64,000 nucleotides of DNA from assembly GCA_049975265.1 (NCBI GenBank), contig JBNGDF010000009.1, forward strand, positions 1 through 64,000. Reading direction: 5' to 3'. Shown piece after piece: positions 17,327-28,927 of this stretch. Within the stretch, counting starts at the first letter, position 1. Each line of letters begins with the position of its first letter. A program made the translations under genes and the position numbers. The notes below the pieces were generated by a model. It was not told the DNA's origin. It ran no database searches and worked only from the letters and a program-made list of their open reading frames with translations. Source of the DNA: Fidelibacterota bacterium (lineage in GTDB: Bacteria > Fidelibacterota > UBA2242).

Positions 17327-17354
17327 TTGATATTTTACGGCAATAGGGTATATT
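17327..17354 (+). promoter_or_regulatory. Putative sigma70-type promoter of the nrnA-dcd-ispH operon
   Basis: TTGATA-16 nt-TATATT, about 30 nt before ATG 17383. Confidence 0.45.
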
Positions 17355-17382
17355 AACGTCTTATTTTAATCGTGATTTGTTT

Positions 17383-18387
17383 ATGCGCCACCACTGGAAT
17401 CCAATAATACGACAACTAAAGTCAGCGGCAAAAGTTTTGCTGACGACTCATATTAATCCAGACGGGGATGCGATCGGTTCGGAGATGGCACTTTATCACT
17501 GCCTGCAAAGCATGCAAAAACCTACGGAAATTTTGAACAGTTCCGCACTTCCTGAGGAATATGCCTTTCTGGACACCGCTAAAGTGATCCGCCAGTATGT
17601 TCCAGAAAGGGATGCCGGTCGCCTGCGGGAATTCGATCTGGCTTTTATTCTGGATGTGGGTGGCATTACCCGCATCGGCAGTCTGGGCGATGATCTGGCT
17701 CGGGCAAAGATTCCCTGTGTCTGCATCGATCACCATCCCGAAAACCATATTGTATGCGATTTTAAAATTGTGGACGAGTCGGAAGCGGCGACCTGTTGTC
17801 TGATTTACGAACTGATCAGGCGTATCAATCCGGAATGTATCCGTCGTGAAGTCGCCGAAGCGATATATGTCGGTCTGATGACCGATACAGGTTCCTTTCG
17901 GTTTGAGAATGCGACTCAGAAGGCGTTCCGGCTTGCGGCGGAATTGCTGGAATATGATGTTCGACCTAACGAGATATACAATCGCATATACGAGAGTCAT
18001 TCACCCCGACGGATGACGCTGTTGGGCAAGATTCTGCAGCAGATACATTATGAAGAAGACGGCAGACTGGCGTGGTTTACCATCCGGCAAAGCGATCTGC
18101 AGGAAGCCAACGTCGCCTCTGATGAAATCGGCGGTTTCACCGACTTCATTCGTTCCATCAGAGGTGTGGAAGTGGCGGTCATGTTTCTGGAACTCGGTTC
18201 CCAGCAGGTACGTGTAAATCTGCGCTCCAAGGGAGATGTGATTGTGAACGAGATTGCCCGTCAGTTCAATGGTGGCGGTCACTACTATGCTGCCGGACTG
18301 ACCTATGAGGGCACCGTTGAAGCGGCTGTGGGTGCGTTGATTCCGGCGATTCGGCGTGTCCTGAAAAAAAGAGGAGCTAGAGATTGA
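17383..18387 (+). CDS. nrnA: DHH-family phosphoesterase (NrnA-like oligoribonuclease/pAp phosphatase)
   Basis: [31 protein letters not shown]. Confidence 0.9.
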   Translation: MRHHWNPIIRQLKSAAKVLLTTHINPDGDAIGSEMALYHCLQSMQKPTEILNSSALPEEYAFLDTAKVIRQYVPERDAGRLREFDLAFILDVGGITRIGSLGDDLARAKIPCVCIDHHPENHIVCDFKIVDESEAATCCLIYELIRRINPECIRREVAEAIYVGLMTDTGSFRFENATQKAFRLAAELLEYDVRPNEIYNRIYESHSPRRMTLLGKILQQIHYEEDGRLAWFTIRQSDLQEANVASDEIGGFTDFIRSIRGVEVAVMFLELGSQQVRVNLRSKGDVIVNEIARQFNGGGHYYAAGLTYEGTVEAAVGALIPAIRRVLKKRGARD

Positions 18388-18941
18388 GTATTCGACCCGA
18401 CTGGTGGATTGAAGCAATGTGTGAAAAGCACAAAATGATCGAACCTTTTGAGAAGGGACAGATCAGCAAGGGGGTCGTCTCTTACGGAATTTCCGCGTAC
18501 GGTTACGACCTGCGTATTGCCGATGAATTCAGGATTCCGATATTTTCGGACAAAGCGGTGATTGATCCAAAGAGTGTTGGTGATTCCCTTTTTGAGAGCA
18601 TCATTGCCAAGGAATGTATCATACCGGCGAATAGTTATGTATTGGCGCGCAGTCTGGAATATTTTCGCATTCCCCGCAATGTCGTCACATTGACAACAGG
18701 GAAATCAACCTATGCCCGTTGCGGAATTCTGGTCAATGTTACCCCCTTTGAGCCGGAATGGGAGGGATTTGTCACCATTTCAATATCCAATACGGCGCCG
18801 GTTCCGGTAAAAATCTATGCCAATGAGGGGTTGGCGCAGGTCCTCTTTTTTGAAAGCGATGATGAATGCCGGGTTTCCTATGCTGATAAAAAGGGTAAAT
18901 ACCAGGCGCAGAAAACCATTACTCCGGCAAGAGTAAAATGA
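18384..18941 (+). CDS. dcd: dCTP deaminase
   Basis: [42 protein letters not shown]. Confidence 0.96.
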   Translation: MSIRPDWWIEAMCEKHKMIEPFEKGQISKGVVSYGISAYGYDLRIADEFRIPIFSDKAVIDPKSVGDSLFESIIAKECIIPANSYVLARSLEYFRIPRNVVTLTTGKSTYARCGILVNVTPFEPEWEGFVTISISNTAPVPVKIYANEGLAQVLFFESDDECRVSYADKKGKYQAQKTITPARVK

Positions 18942-19783
18942 GCAAGCTGACCATCAACATCGCCAAAGACGCCGGGTTTTGTATGGGGGTCCGGCGTGCC
19001 ATTGAAATCGCGAAAAAAGCCGCACAACAGTACGGTAGAGTTGCTATGCTGGGCGATATTGTCCATAATGAGGGAGTTGTCAGGGAGTTGGAACAGGCAG
19101 GGATTGTCGTTTATGATGATTTGGATCAGATTCCGCCGGAAATGCCGGTCATTTTTCGTTCACACGGAACCCGGGCAGACATCCGGCAGCGGGCACAAGC
19201 GCGGGGGATGACGATCATCGATGCAACCTGTCCGTTAGTGAAGGAGATTCACCGGGCTGCGCGGGAACTGGCGGTGGAAGGTCGCCGGGTCATTATTATC
19301 GGTGACCATGGACATGACGAGGTCGAGGCGATTGCCGGTGAAATCGCAGACCCGCTGATAATTGCCGATGAGTCGGAAACTGTCGCCATACCGAAAATCG
19401 GTCAGGCTGGTGTCGTCATTCAGTCCACTCAGTTTCGGGAAAATGTGGACGCCATTTTGGCGAAATTGATCTGGAAAATCAGCGATGTGCGAATTATCAA
19501 CACGATCTGCAAACCCACCCGCAACCGGCAGGTGCAAATCCGGGAACTTGCCAGAGAAAACGACGTTATGTTGATTGTGGGCTCTTTTACCAGTGCAAAT
19601 ACAAAACGGTTGACGGGCATTGCAAAAAAAATCAATCCGAAAAGTTATCAAATCCGCGGTCCGGAGGATATTCAGACGGAATGGCTGCGCGGTGCTGCAT
19701 CAGTGGGGATATCCGCCGGTGCTTCAACTCCTGATAAAATCGTACGGGATGTTGCAGATAAGATTGGCGCTTTAGGATTATGA
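18938..19783 (+). CDS. ispH: 4-hydroxy-3-methylbut-2-enyl diphosphate reductase
   Basis: [35 protein letters not shown]. Confidence 0.96.
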   Translation: MSKLTINIAKDAGFCMGVRRAIEIAKKAAQQYGRVAMLGDIVHNEGVVRELEQAGIVVYDDLDQIPPEMPVIFRSHGTRADIRQRAQARGMTIIDATCPLVKEIHRAARELAVEGRRVIIIGDHGHDEVEAIAGEIADPLIIADESETVAIPKIGQAGVVIQSTQFRENVDAILAKLIWKISDVRIINTICKPTRNRQVQIRELARENDVMLIVGSFTSANTKRLTGIAKKINPKSYQIRGPEDIQTEWLRGAASVGISAGASTPDKIVRDVADKIGALGL

Positions 19784-19830
19784 GTAATAAATTACAGGTT
19801 AGGTTTATTTCAGATGAGGAGTAATGTTCG

Positions 19831-20712
19831 ATGAATAAAGGTTCCTTTGAAGTAAAAGTCGGTCTGGCGGAGATGCTGAAGGGTGGCGTCATCATGGATG
19901 TGACCACCCCGGAGCAGGCGAAAATCGCCGAAGATGCGGGTGCGGTGGCGGTCATGGCGCTGGAGCGTATTCCCGCCGATATCCGCGCCCACGGTGGAAT
20001 CGCCCGAATGTCCCGCCCGGCTGTTATCAAGGCTATCCAGGAGACGGTTTCGATTCCGGTCATGGCAAAATGCCGTATCGGTCATTTTGCCGAGGCGCAG
20101 ATACTCGAAGCGCTGGAGGTGGACTTTATCGATGAGAGCGAAGTGCTGACTCCGGCGGACGAAGAGAATCATATTTGGAAGCACGATTTCAAAGTTCCCT
20201 TCGTCTGCGGTTGCCGCGATCTGGGAGAAGCCCTGCGGCGGATCGGAGAGGGAGCGGCAATGATTCGCACCAAAGGCGAGGCGGGCAGTGGAAATATCGT
20301 CGAAGCCGTGCGGCACATGCGTCTGGTCCAGAAAGAGCTGAAAGCACTGACCGTCTTGAGGGATGATGAGCTCATGGCGGCGGCGAAACGGCTGGGTGCG
20401 CCTTTTGAAATTGTCCGGCAGGTGGCAAAGACCGGGAAGTTACCGGTACCGAATTTTGCGGCAGGGGGTGTCGCGACGCCGGCGGACGCTGCGCTGATGA
20501 TGCAACTGGGAGCGGAATCGGTGTTTGTTGGGTCGGGAATTTTCAAATCGGAAGACCCGCCGGCTCGGGCAAAAGCGATCGTCCTGGCGACGACCTACTA
20601 TAACGATCCGCAGAAACTCGCAGAGATTTCCATGGATCTTAAGGATGCCATGGAGGGGCTCGATATAGCATCGATTCCGGAAGAGGAACGCCTCGCCAAA
20701 CGCGGCTGGTAA
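19831..20712 (+). CDS. pdxS: PLP synthase subunit PdxS
   Basis: [40 protein letters not shown], ends LAKRGW. Confidence 0.98.
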   Translation: MNKGSFEVKVGLAEMLKGGVIMDVTTPEQAKIAEDAGAVAVMALERIPADIRAHGGIARMSRPAVIKAIQETVSIPVMAKCRIGHFAEAQILEALEVDFIDESEVLTPADEENHIWKHDFKVPFVCGCRDLGEALRRIGEGAAMIRTKGEAGSGNIVEAVRHMRLVQKELKALTVLRDDELMAAAKRLGAPFEIVRQVAKTGKLPVPNFAAGGVATPADAALMMQLGAESVFVGSGIFKSEDPPARAKAIVLATTYYNDPQKLAEISMDLKDAMEGLDIASIPEEERLAKRGW

Positions 20713-20730
20713 TCGGCTCCGTGTTTATAT

Positions 20731-21300
20731 ATGAATCATGATGTGACCATCGGCGTTCTTGGTTTGCAGGGTGCATTTGCAAAACATATGACCATGCTCA
20801 ATGCATTGAATGTTCATGCCATGCTAATTCGCTATCCCGAAGAACTGGATCGGTGCGACGGACTGATTATTCCGGGTGGTGAGTCGACTACCATGTCCAA
20901 ACTGATTCGTGAGATGGATATCCGGAACAAACTATTGAAATATGATCACCCGATTTTCGGAACCTGCGCGGGTGCGATTCTGATGTCTGAAGATTCCAAT
21001 GATCCACGCGTTGCGACTCTGAACCGGGTTCCGGTCCGGGCAAACCGGAATGCCTGGGGACGCCAGGTGGAATCTTTTATCGCTCCCGTGGAACTCAGTT
21101 TCGATGAGGAGCCCTTTAATGCGGTTTTTATCCGGGCACCCAAACTCACGCATCCCGATCAGGATGTCCAAATATTGGGGAAGCTGAAGGATGAGATTGT
21201 ACTTATTCAATATGACAATACCCTGCTGGCGACATTTCATCCGGAATTGACCGAAGATATCCGGATTCATGCGTATTTTCTTAAATTAATCAGGAATTGA
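20731..21300 (+). CDS. pdxT: PLP synthase glutaminase subunit PdxT
   Basis: GVLGLQG, IPGGESTT, GTCAG, FIRAP, FHPEL. Confidence 0.97.
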   Translation: MNHDVTIGVLGLQGAFAKHMTMLNALNVHAMLIRYPEELDRCDGLIIPGGESTTMSKLIREMDIRNKLLKYDHPIFGTCAGAILMSEDSNDPRVATLNRVPVRANRNAWGRQVESFIAPVELSFDEEPFNAVFIRAPKLTHPDQDVQILGKLKDEIVLIQYDNTLLATFHPELTEDIRIHAYFLKLIRN

Positions 21301-21306
21301 GCCATT

Positions 21307-23199
21307 ATGACTGACGAGACAGAGGAGAAACAAGAGTATACAATTTTACCACGAATTGATTCACCGGCTGATCTGAAACAGCTGTCGGAAAGCGAATTGC
21401 TTGCGCTGGCATCGGAATTACGCCGTTACATCATTGAGGTGGTTCAAAAAACCGGCGGTCATCTGGCACCCAGTTTGGGAGTTGTGGAACTAACAATTGC
21501 CCTGCACTACGTTTTTAATACGCCGGAAGACAGACTGGTCTGGGACGTTGGTCACCAGGCGTACGGACACAAAATTCTGACCGGTCGGCGCGAAGCCATC
21601 AAAACGATCCGGCAGTACGGTGGTCTCAGCGGATTCTGCAAGCGATACGAAAGCGAGTACGATACTTTCGGCGCCGGGCATGCCAGTACATCTATATCCG
21701 CAGCAGTGGGTATGGCAATGGCACGCGACATGCGCAATTCTACCGAGCGAATCGTCACAATCATCGGCGATGGTTCGCTGACCGGCGGTATGGCGCTGGA
21801 GGGATTTAACAATGTATGTAATATCAAGGGGCAGTTTTTAGTTATTTTGAACGACAATAAAATGTCCATTTCCCGCAACGTCGGCGCCATGAGCCAGTAC
21901 CTGACCCGCATCATCACCAGTCCCCGTTATCTGAATTTTAAAAACCAGGTCTGGAATTCACTCACAATTTTACCAAAGGGAACCAGCACGCTCCGCAAAA
22001 TCGGTCGCAAGACTATGGAGTCATTGAAAAATTTCGTAGCCCCGGGGATTCTCTTCGAAGAGTTCGGTTTCCGCTACTTCGGACCGGTCAATGGTCACGA
22101 CCTGCCGGAGGTCATTGCGACATTGAACAATATTAAAAATTTGAAGTATCCCGTTCTGTTGCATGTCATCACGCAGAAGGGCAGAGGTTTACCGCAGGCG
22201 GAAAACGATCCAACCCGCTACCATGGAATCGGACCACAGACCAGTTCCCAGACCAAATCACCCGATGCACCGCCGCAATTTTTGGAGGCATTTGGGAAAA
22301 TTGCCTGTGAAATGGGAGCAAAAAAACCGGATACAGTTTTTATCACCGCCGCGATGTGCGACGGCACCGGGCTCGTGAACTACCGCGCCCGTTTTCCGGA
22401 ACGGTATTTTGATGTGGGTATCGCCGAGGAACATGCGGTCACCTTTGCCGGTGGTTTGTCTGTCAGCGGTTTTCGCCCGGTCGTGGCAATCTACTCAACT
22501 TTTATGCAGCGGGCTTTCGATCAGCTGATTCACGACATTGCGCTGCAAAACTTACCCGTCATATTCGTAATGGACCGCGCTGGTCTGGTTGGCGAGGATG
22601 GTCCGACCCATCATGGCAGCTTTGACCTGAGCTATGTTGGTTTGATTCCCGGTGTTATTATTTCCGCACCGCGCAACGGCAATGAACTGCGCGACCTGCT
22701 GTTTACAGCTTATGAGCAGAAAGAGCACCCTTTTGTCATTCGCTATCCGAAAGACAGCTGTGTCATTTTTGATGAGAGCCGGGAAGCGGACATTCTGAAA
22801 ATCGGCACCTGGGAAACCATCCGGCAGGGTAGCGGTATTGCCGTCATCACCGTCGGTGTGATGACCAATGTCGCCGAAGCAGCACTGCAGATACTGGAAA
22901 ACGATAATATCAAGCCGAGTCTCTATCATGCACGCTTTATTAAGCCAATTGATGAAGATCGGCTGAAAACCATTGCAGAGCGGCATTCCGTGATTATCAC
23001 CATTGAAGAAAACAGTCTCCGCGGCGGTTTCGGCAGTTTCCTGCAATCCTATGTGGCGGAGAAGAATTGGGATGTCCGGGTCTGGTCGCTGGGACTACCC
23101 GATCAGTTTATCGAACACGGTCCCCGGGACCTCTTGCTGAAAGAGGTCGGTCTTGATCCGGTGAGCACCGCAAATACGATAAAAAATATAGCCAGATAG
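21307..23199 (+). CDS. dxs: 1-deoxy-D-xylulose-5-phosphate synthase
   Basis: GGHLAPSLG, WDVGHQAY, GDGSLTGG...NDN, DVGIAEEHAV, YSTFMQR, DRAG, DGPTH. Confidence 0.98.
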   Translation: MTDETEEKQEYTILPRIDSPADLKQLSESELLALASELRRYIIEVVQKTGGHLAPSLGVVELTIALHYVFNTPEDRLVWDVGHQAYGHKILTGRREAIKTIRQYGGLSGFCKRYESEYDTFGAGHASTSISAAVGMAMARDMRNSTERIVTIIGDGSLTGGMALEGFNNVCNIKGQFLVILNDNKMSISRNVGAMSQYLTRIITSPRYLNFKNQVWNSLTILPKGTSTLRKIGRKTMESLKNFVAPGILFEEFGFRYFGPVNGHDLPEVIATLNNIKNLKYPVLLHVITQKGRGLPQAENDPTRYHGIGPQTSSQTKSPDAPPQFLEAFGKIACEMGAKKPDTVFITAAMCDGTGLVNYRARFPERYFDVGIAEEHAVTFAGGLSVSGFRPVVAIYSTFMQRAFDQLIHDIALQNLPVIFVMDRAGLVGEDGPTHHGSFDLSYVGLIPGVIISAPRNGNELRDLLFTAYEQKEHPFVIRYPKDSCVIFDESREADILKIGTWETIRQGSGIAVITVGVMTNVAEAALQILENDNIKPSLYHARFIKPIDEDRLKTIAERHSVIITIEENSLRGGFGSFLQSYVAEKNWDVRVWSLGLPDQFIEHGPRDLLLKEVGLDPVSTANTIKNIAR

Positions 23200-23254
23200 A
23201 TCGAACCGGACCGCTTTTTGCCAATATCAGATGCTTTTGACCGGTCGACAAATA

Positions 23255-23323
23255 CCGGTGTTGAATATCCAATATAACGATTATTCTATTACGATAATAC
23301 ACATATATTGATATTTCAACCGG
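23255..23323. repeat. Imperfect long inverted repeat in the dxs-lipoprotein intergenic region
   Basis: CCGGTGTTGAATATCCAATATA (23255-76) vs TATATTGATATTTCAACCGG (23304-23). Confidence 0.5.
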
Positions 23324-23429
23324 GATTAACCTGCCGATAAATGAGATATAAGTCACATCGGCGTAACGAAGCTGAACGTAACTTATCCAAGTGTTTATTC
23401 AGTTAATAATTATGAGAAGGATATACATT

Positions 23430-26393
23430 ATGAAAAAAGTTGGATTATTGGTTATCAGTGTTGCTATAATATTGTCCAGCTCCTGTATGATGAAATTACC
23501 GGAAGAATCTGACATGCCCAGCTGGAATGTCAATCTTGAGATTCCTCTGGTTAAAACGACTGTGACTCTCGCCGATCTGCTTGAGGATTCGCTGTTCGTG
23601 GGCGTCCCTTACGGGTTGAGCGGCGATTCGATTTTTGCCTATGAAGATCAGGTGGATATCGAAAAAGTTGAGGTAGGCGATCAATTGAATATTGACGACA
23701 TTCAGCAGGTCTTTTCTCAGTCCATTGATGATGTCCGGGTTAAGCCGACGACCAAACAGTATATATCGGAGCTGGACCCGGTAGGCGTGGATCCGGTTAG
23801 TGAGTCGGTGTTGTCAGAGCTGGGGAATATTTCACTTGACGACACCGATCCCAAAACGACCGACCCGGTTCTGATGAGTGAAATTGTGGACTTTTCCGGC
23901 GTAAACGAGGATCAGCAGGTAACCATTCAACAGGGCACCGACTTTCCGACAGTCTACCGAAATATTACGTTCGAAGATTTCGACAACGCCGATTTTGCCA
24001 GCGGTGTTCTGGAAATCACGGTTGATAATGATTTAATGAATCTGGAACTGGGTGCTCCGCTGGTGATCCGGATTTTGAATTCCGACAGCCTTACGATTGT
24101 GGGATCAGACGGCGACAGTGCCAAGGCGGTCTGGAGCAGCGGTATCATGTTGGGAACCTCCGGCACACAAACCATCGATCTGGCTCACAAAATCCTGCCG
24201 GAGACGGTCATTATCAAGATCAGCGGGGTACTGAATGGATCGGACGCCAGTACGGTGACGAATAATTCTGCTCACCAAAATTCCGGATTTGTGGTCGGAG
24301 TGCAGGCGAAAAATCTTGAAGTCGTTTCTGCGGAAGCCATGGTGCCATCCCAAACAATCGACACCACCGACGTAATCCTGCTGGAAGAATCGGAAGATAA
24401 GGTCAAGACCGCTCGTATATTGAACGGAACCCTGGCAATTGATGTGACCAATGACATTCCCATTAATTCCACTCTGGAATTAACCATATCTTCAATTGAT
24501 ATATCTGAAGCCGCTGGCATTCAGGCATATACGCAGAGTATTAATCTGACCGCCGACCAGGATTTCAACAATGCCGACAATCTGACCGGTTACTATCTGG
24601 TGATGGATGTGAACAGTCAGCAGGTGGATTACAGCTATCAGGTGATCACCGAAGATACCGGCACGGAAAGGGTGACAATATCCAAAAATGACGGTGTTTT
24701 GGTGGATATTCAGATGTATGGTCAGACAGCCGGAGAGCAGCTGACTTTTGATGAATTCGAAGGCATCGTGACCCAGGACCCTATTAACGACAATGGCGAG
24801 ATAGATGTGACCACCGATTCGGAAATTTCCTCAGCGCTCATTTCCAGCGGTACAATGACAATCAACATTTACAATACCGCGAATACCAGCGATCAGAATG
24901 TACCCGAGCTGACACTCGATATACCGGAAATCCTGGACCCCGCAGCGAATCCAATTCACATCGAACGAAATCTGTATCCCGAACCCAATACAACCACTAT
25001 CCAGATCGATTTGAGCGGATATACTCTGCATCCGAATACAATTCCCGTGACGGCGGACAGCATCAGTCAGAATATTACCTATGCATCGACAGTGGAGATT
25101 CCAAGCGGTGTGATTACGGCTTATGATCTGCGTGGTGCCTATGATGTCAATATTGCCGTTTCGGAACTGCTGTTTTCCGAAGTCACCGGCTACTTTTCCC
25201 AGGATGCCATTGTGGAGCGTGATTCCATTGCACTGGCAGAGGCTACGAAAATTCAGGAAGCATATTTCAACACCGGCGAGCTGGCTCTCTCGATTGTCAA
25301 TAATATCGGTGCCATTGCCGAGGTGAAATTTCGGGTGAAAGAGCTGATCCACAAAGATACAAATGCACCGCTGCAGCAGACTATTCAACTCACCGAAGAT
25401 TCTCAGCCGGTTGACCGGATTATTCCGCTTGAGGATTATAAAATCGTTATACCGACGGTGGATTTCTCGGCGGACCAGCAGATTCACTATCGCTCAACTG
25501 TCAGTTTGCCCTCTGATCAGGAGATGACCCTTTACGTGGAAAATGAAATTGATGTGAATCTGGACTTGCGAAACATATCATTTAGTTCCGTAGAGGGATA
25601 TATTGACACGGTGACGATTGACATTGATTCCGTCGAACAGGAAATCACCGCTCTGCCGGAGGAACTGGATGGGATTGATCTGAATGAAGTAGAGATACAG
25701 ATCAACTTCGATTCGGATATCGGTGTCCCGGTAATTCTTGACCTGAATCTGGTCAGCTCGAATAAAAAGGGTGAGCGCGCAGAGTCGCATGTCCATCAGA
25801 ATATTACCGATAATCCTGTTGTGGTGATTCCCAATGCCGCCGATTTGATCAATCTCAAGCCGGATAAAATTGTATCGTACGGCAGTGCATCGATCGGAGG
25901 TACGGGATATGTCGCCACTGATCAATCGATTCAGGGAGTCATGGAGATTCTGGTACCCATGTCCTTTGAGGTGGAGGAAGGTGCCTCTATCGATATCGAG
26001 CCCGAATTGGTCGAGGATGATATTCCCGAAGAACTCGATGAAGTCGCCTTGTTTGCCAACCTCGATAATCAGCTGGAACTAAACGGAATCCTGAAAGTGC
26101 TGGGCGCCAGAGACACGCTCTATTTTGCCTCCGGTTCACCGGTCAACCCGGATACGCTGGCGATATTTCACCTGATTCCGGACAGCGCTTACCAGGAGAT
26201 GATTCTTCTGGACGAGACAAAATTTGCCCTGTTCCAGGATTCATTGTACATAAAAACCAAGATCGATCTACTTAGCAATACCGATGATCTCGGAAATCCT
26301 GTTCCCACGCGCCTGTTTAAAAATGATTCCCTGACGATCCAATTGTACAGCCGGATCAAGGGGTTGATCGATTTAGCCGATAAGGATAATTAG
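23430..26393 (+). CDS. Large acidic lipoprotein with tandem ~141-aa beta-rich repeats, function unknown
   Basis: Start ATG 23430; signal MKKVGLLVISVAIILSSSC; repeated motif A-x-[FI]-x-x-G-x-[LM]-x-[IL]-x-[VI]-x-N. Confidence 0.85.
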   Translation: MKKVGLLVISVAIILSSSCMMKLPEESDMPSWNVNLEIPLVKTTVTLADLLEDSLFVGVPYGLSGDSIFAYEDQVDIEKVEVGDQLNIDDIQQVFSQSIDDVRVKPTTKQYISELDPVGVDPVSESVLSELGNISLDDTDPKTTDPVLMSEIVDFSGVNEDQQVTIQQGTDFPTVYRNITFEDFDNADFASGVLEITVDNDLMNLELGAPLVIRILNSDSLTIVGSDGDSAKAVWSSGIMLGTSGTQTIDLAHKILPETVIIKISGVLNGSDASTVTNNSAHQNSGFVVGVQAKNLEVVSAEAMVPSQTIDTTDVILLEESEDKVKTARILNGTLAIDVTNDIPINSTLELTISSIDISEAAGIQAYTQSINLTADQDFNNADNLTGYYLVMDVNSQQVDYSYQVITEDTGTERVTISKNDGVLVDIQMYGQTAGEQLTFDEFEGIVTQDPINDNGEIDVTTDSEISSALISSGTMTINIYNTANTSDQNVPELTLDIPEILDPAANPIHIERNLYPEPNTTTIQIDLSGYTLHPNTIPVTADSISQNITYASTVEIPSGVITAYDLRGAYDVNIAVSELLFSEVTGYFSQDAIVERDSIALAEATKIQEAYFNTGELALSIVNNIGAIAEVKFRVKELIHKDTNAPLQQTIQLTEDSQPVDRIIPLEDYKIVIPTVDFSADQQIHYRSTVSLPSDQEMTLYVENEIDVNLDLRNISFSSVEGYIDTVTIDIDSVEQEITALPEELDGIDLNEVEIQINFDSDIGVPVILDLNLVSSNKKGERAESHVHQNITDNPVVVIPNAADLINLKPDKIVSYGSASIGGTGYVATDQSIQGVMEILVPMSFEVEEGASIDIEPELVEDDIPEELDEVALFANLDNQLELNGILKVLGARDTLYFASGSPVNPDTLAIFHLIPDSAYQEMILLDETKFALFQDSLYIKTKIDLLSNTDDLGNPVPTRLFKNDSLTIQLYSRIKGLIDLADKDN

Positions 26394-26403
26394 GAGTCTG
26401 ACC

Positions 26404-27693
26404 ATGAAAACGATAAAATATTTTCTCATTCTAATGCTTATCTCAACGACGGTATTTGCACAGTATTATCTCAATCCCGTCGGTACGTCGCTGGCAGGCG
26501 CTTATGCCACCAAAGCACGCGGTGCCTACATCAATGGTTGGAATCCGGCGAATCTGGGGCTAGATAATAATCCCCGTTTTTCCATGCACTTTGGGGTTTT
26601 TCCCTTTGTGCCGTTTCCCACGGTTCAGATCAGTAATTCCGCCGTATCGCCATTTTTCCTGAATGAACACTTTTTTACTGGCGGATATTTAACGGATCGG
26701 GATAAAGAAGATTTACTTGCCTTTTTTCCCGATGACGGATTGAGTGTGAATCCGCTGATACAGCTGCCCATTTTAAATTTATCCTTTGGTCGCTGGGCGG
26801 TGTCGATCGGGACGGAAGTCACCGGCGTCGTGACCCTGCCGAAATCGCTGTTCCGATTGGCATTTTTCGGGAATGAATTCGGAAAACCTATGCTCGATCT
26901 CGACGATACCAATGTGGAGATGCAGGCGGTTACATCGGTTGCCCTGGCGCATGGGCGGGAAGTACCAATTCCGCTGCTGAGTGATGTGGTTGAAAAGACG
27001 ACGGTCGGTGCGGCTGTCAAGATGCTGATTGGTGGCGGATATACCGGATTTGAAAAGATTTCCGGTGCGGTGACCAGCTACCCGGATAAAGTCGTCCTGG
27101 ACGGTGATTTGAAAGGTCTGATGGGCATCGGTGGATACGGCGTTGCCTTTGATCTCGGACTGGCGGCGGTCATCAATGAAAAAATGTCAGCCAATGTCTC
27201 GTTGCATAATCTGTTTGGTTTTATCAACTGGGGCATGATCGAAGCAGAGAAAGTCGAGTATTCGGTCTATTCCGAAATTTATTCGGAGGATTTTGAGGAT
27301 TTCGATGCTGCCCTGGAAGAGGGAATTCAGACGGACACCAGCTATTCCGTTAACAATTTTAAATCAAACTACCCTGGCTATCTGCTACTGGGATTCGAGT
27401 ACCGGGTGTTTGACAATCTGAAGACCTATGCCACGGTCAAGCAGCATTTCAGCAACGATCTGGCTGCCAGCTACCTACCGAAAATTTCCATCGCCGCCGA
27501 GTACGGGATTACCTCTTGGTTTCCGGCGCGACTCGGTATTTCCTTTGGCGGTCTTGAAAATTTTCAATTGGGTATCGGAACCGGGCTGAACTTTCGTCAT
27601 TATGCAATGGATATTGGTTTTTCGCAAATTGGCGGAATGTTTAATCATGCCAAAGGATTTGCGATTTCCTTCGGACAGTCTGTATTATTCTAA
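26404..27693 (+). CDS. Outer-membrane beta-barrel, DUF5723-like (FadL/PorV superfamily)
   Basis: Signal peptide; N-terminal 'SLAGAY...GWNPANLG'; GYGVAFDLG; ends in F. Confidence 0.7.
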   Translation: MKTIKYFLILMLISTTVFAQYYLNPVGTSLAGAYATKARGAYINGWNPANLGLDNNPRFSMHFGVFPFVPFPTVQISNSAVSPFFLNEHFFTGGYLTDRDKEDLLAFFPDDGLSVNPLIQLPILNLSFGRWAVSIGTEVTGVVTLPKSLFRLAFFGNEFGKPMLDLDDTNVEMQAVTSVALAHGREVPIPLLSDVVEKTTVGAAVKMLIGGGYTGFEKISGAVTSYPDKVVLDGDLKGLMGIGGYGVAFDLGLAAVINEKMSANVSLHNLFGFINWGMIEAEKVEYSVYSEIYSEDFEDFDAALEEGIQTDTSYSVNNFKSNYPGYLLLGFEYRVFDNLKTYATVKQHFSNDLAASYLPKISIAAEYGITSWFPARLGISFGGLENFQLGIGTGLNFRHYAMDIGFSQIGGMFNHAKGFAISFGQSVLF

Positions 27694-28470
27694 ATGAAAA
27701 AGAGTATGCAATTAATCTCATGGAATGTCAATGGAATTCGTTCAGCCTACCGAAAAGGGTTTTTAGATTGGTTTCGGCAGCAGAATCCCGATATTTTCTG
27801 TGTTCAGGAAACCAAAGCACAGATGGATGTGCTGCCTCATGATCTTCTGAATGTTCAGGGCTATCATTCGGTTTTTTCTTCGGCAGAGAGAAAAGGCTAC
27901 AGCGGGGTTGCCCTCTATTCCAAGCTAAAACCGCTGACGATCAAAACCGGACTGGGAATCCAGAAATTCGACCACGAGGGGCGTACTATCATCGCCGACT
28001 ACAGCGATTTTGTGCTGTTCAATATCTATTTTCCCAATGGTCAGATGAGCGCGGAGCGGCTCAATTACAAGATGGAGTTCTACGACGCATTCCTCGGTGT
28101 TGTAGAGACGTATAACAGGGAGGGGCGCAATATTATCGTTTGCGGCGATGTCAATACGGCACATCAGGAGATCGACTTGGCACGACCGCAGGAGAACGAA
28201 AATATTTCCGGCTTTTTACCGATTGAACGCGCCTGGATTGACAAATTTATCAGTCACGGCTGGATTGATACGCTGCGCATGTTTCACCCGGAGCCGGAGC
28301 TCTATACCTGGTGGTCCATGCGGACTAGAGCAAGAGACCGCAATATCGGCTGGCGGATCGATTATTTCTTTATCAATGAGCGGTTTCGCAAGCATGTCAA
28401 AGATGCCTTCATTCTACCGGAAGTGCAAGGGTCCGATCACTGCCCCATCGGACTCAAGATAGCACTATAA
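27694..28470 (+). CDS. xth: Exodeoxyribonuclease III
   Basis: [40 protein letters not shown]. Confidence 0.96.
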   Translation: MKKSMQLISWNVNGIRSAYRKGFLDWFRQQNPDIFCVQETKAQMDVLPHDLLNVQGYHSVFSSAERKGYSGVALYSKLKPLTIKTGLGIQKFDHEGRTIIADYSDFVLFNIYFPNGQMSAERLNYKMEFYDAFLGVVETYNREGRNIIVCGDVNTAHQEIDLARPQENENISGFLPIERAWIDKFISHGWIDTLRMFHPEPELYTWWSMRTRARDRNIGWRIDYFFINERFRKHVKDAFILPEVQGSDHCPIGLKIAL

Positions 28471-28558
28471 AGAATCTTCTGTTACACAGCAATCGGAATT
28501 TGGTTGATTTAGAGCGTAATTATGTTCAACTTTATGGCATTAAAAATGGGATGATGAA

Positions 28559-28927
28559 ATGGAATATGAAATTAAGAGTATAAGTCCCTCATCGGTTTTG
28601 AAAATTTCCTTTGTTGTGATTTTGACAGTCTCATGTATTTTCATTTTTCTGCTGTCGCTAATGGCAATGTCGCTGCTCTCTTCGATGGGCGATGCGCTCA
28701 GTAGTATACCACTGCTGGAAAGTATGGGACCGGTGGACTTCAATTTCGGCACGATTCTGTTCTCTTCGATCTTCAACGGAATATTACTGGCTCTGTTCAT
28801 TGTGTTTTTTCTTATATTAGCGGTCATCTTTTATAATATTTATGTCAGCCACTTTGGTGGCATTGTGATCCAGCTACAGCCGGAAAATGAACTGACAATT
28901 CAAAACGGGGAAACCAGCGATGAGTGA
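28559..28927 (+). CDS. Small membrane protein, DUF3566-like
   Basis: EIKSISPSSVLKISF, two TM helices, FYN...GGI. Confidence 0.6.
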   Translation: MEYEIKSISPSSVLKISFVVILTVSCIFIFLLSLMAMSLLSSMGDALSSIPLLESMGPVDFNFGTILFSSIFNGILLALFIVFFLILAVIFYNIYVSHFGGIVIQLQPENELTIQNGETSDE

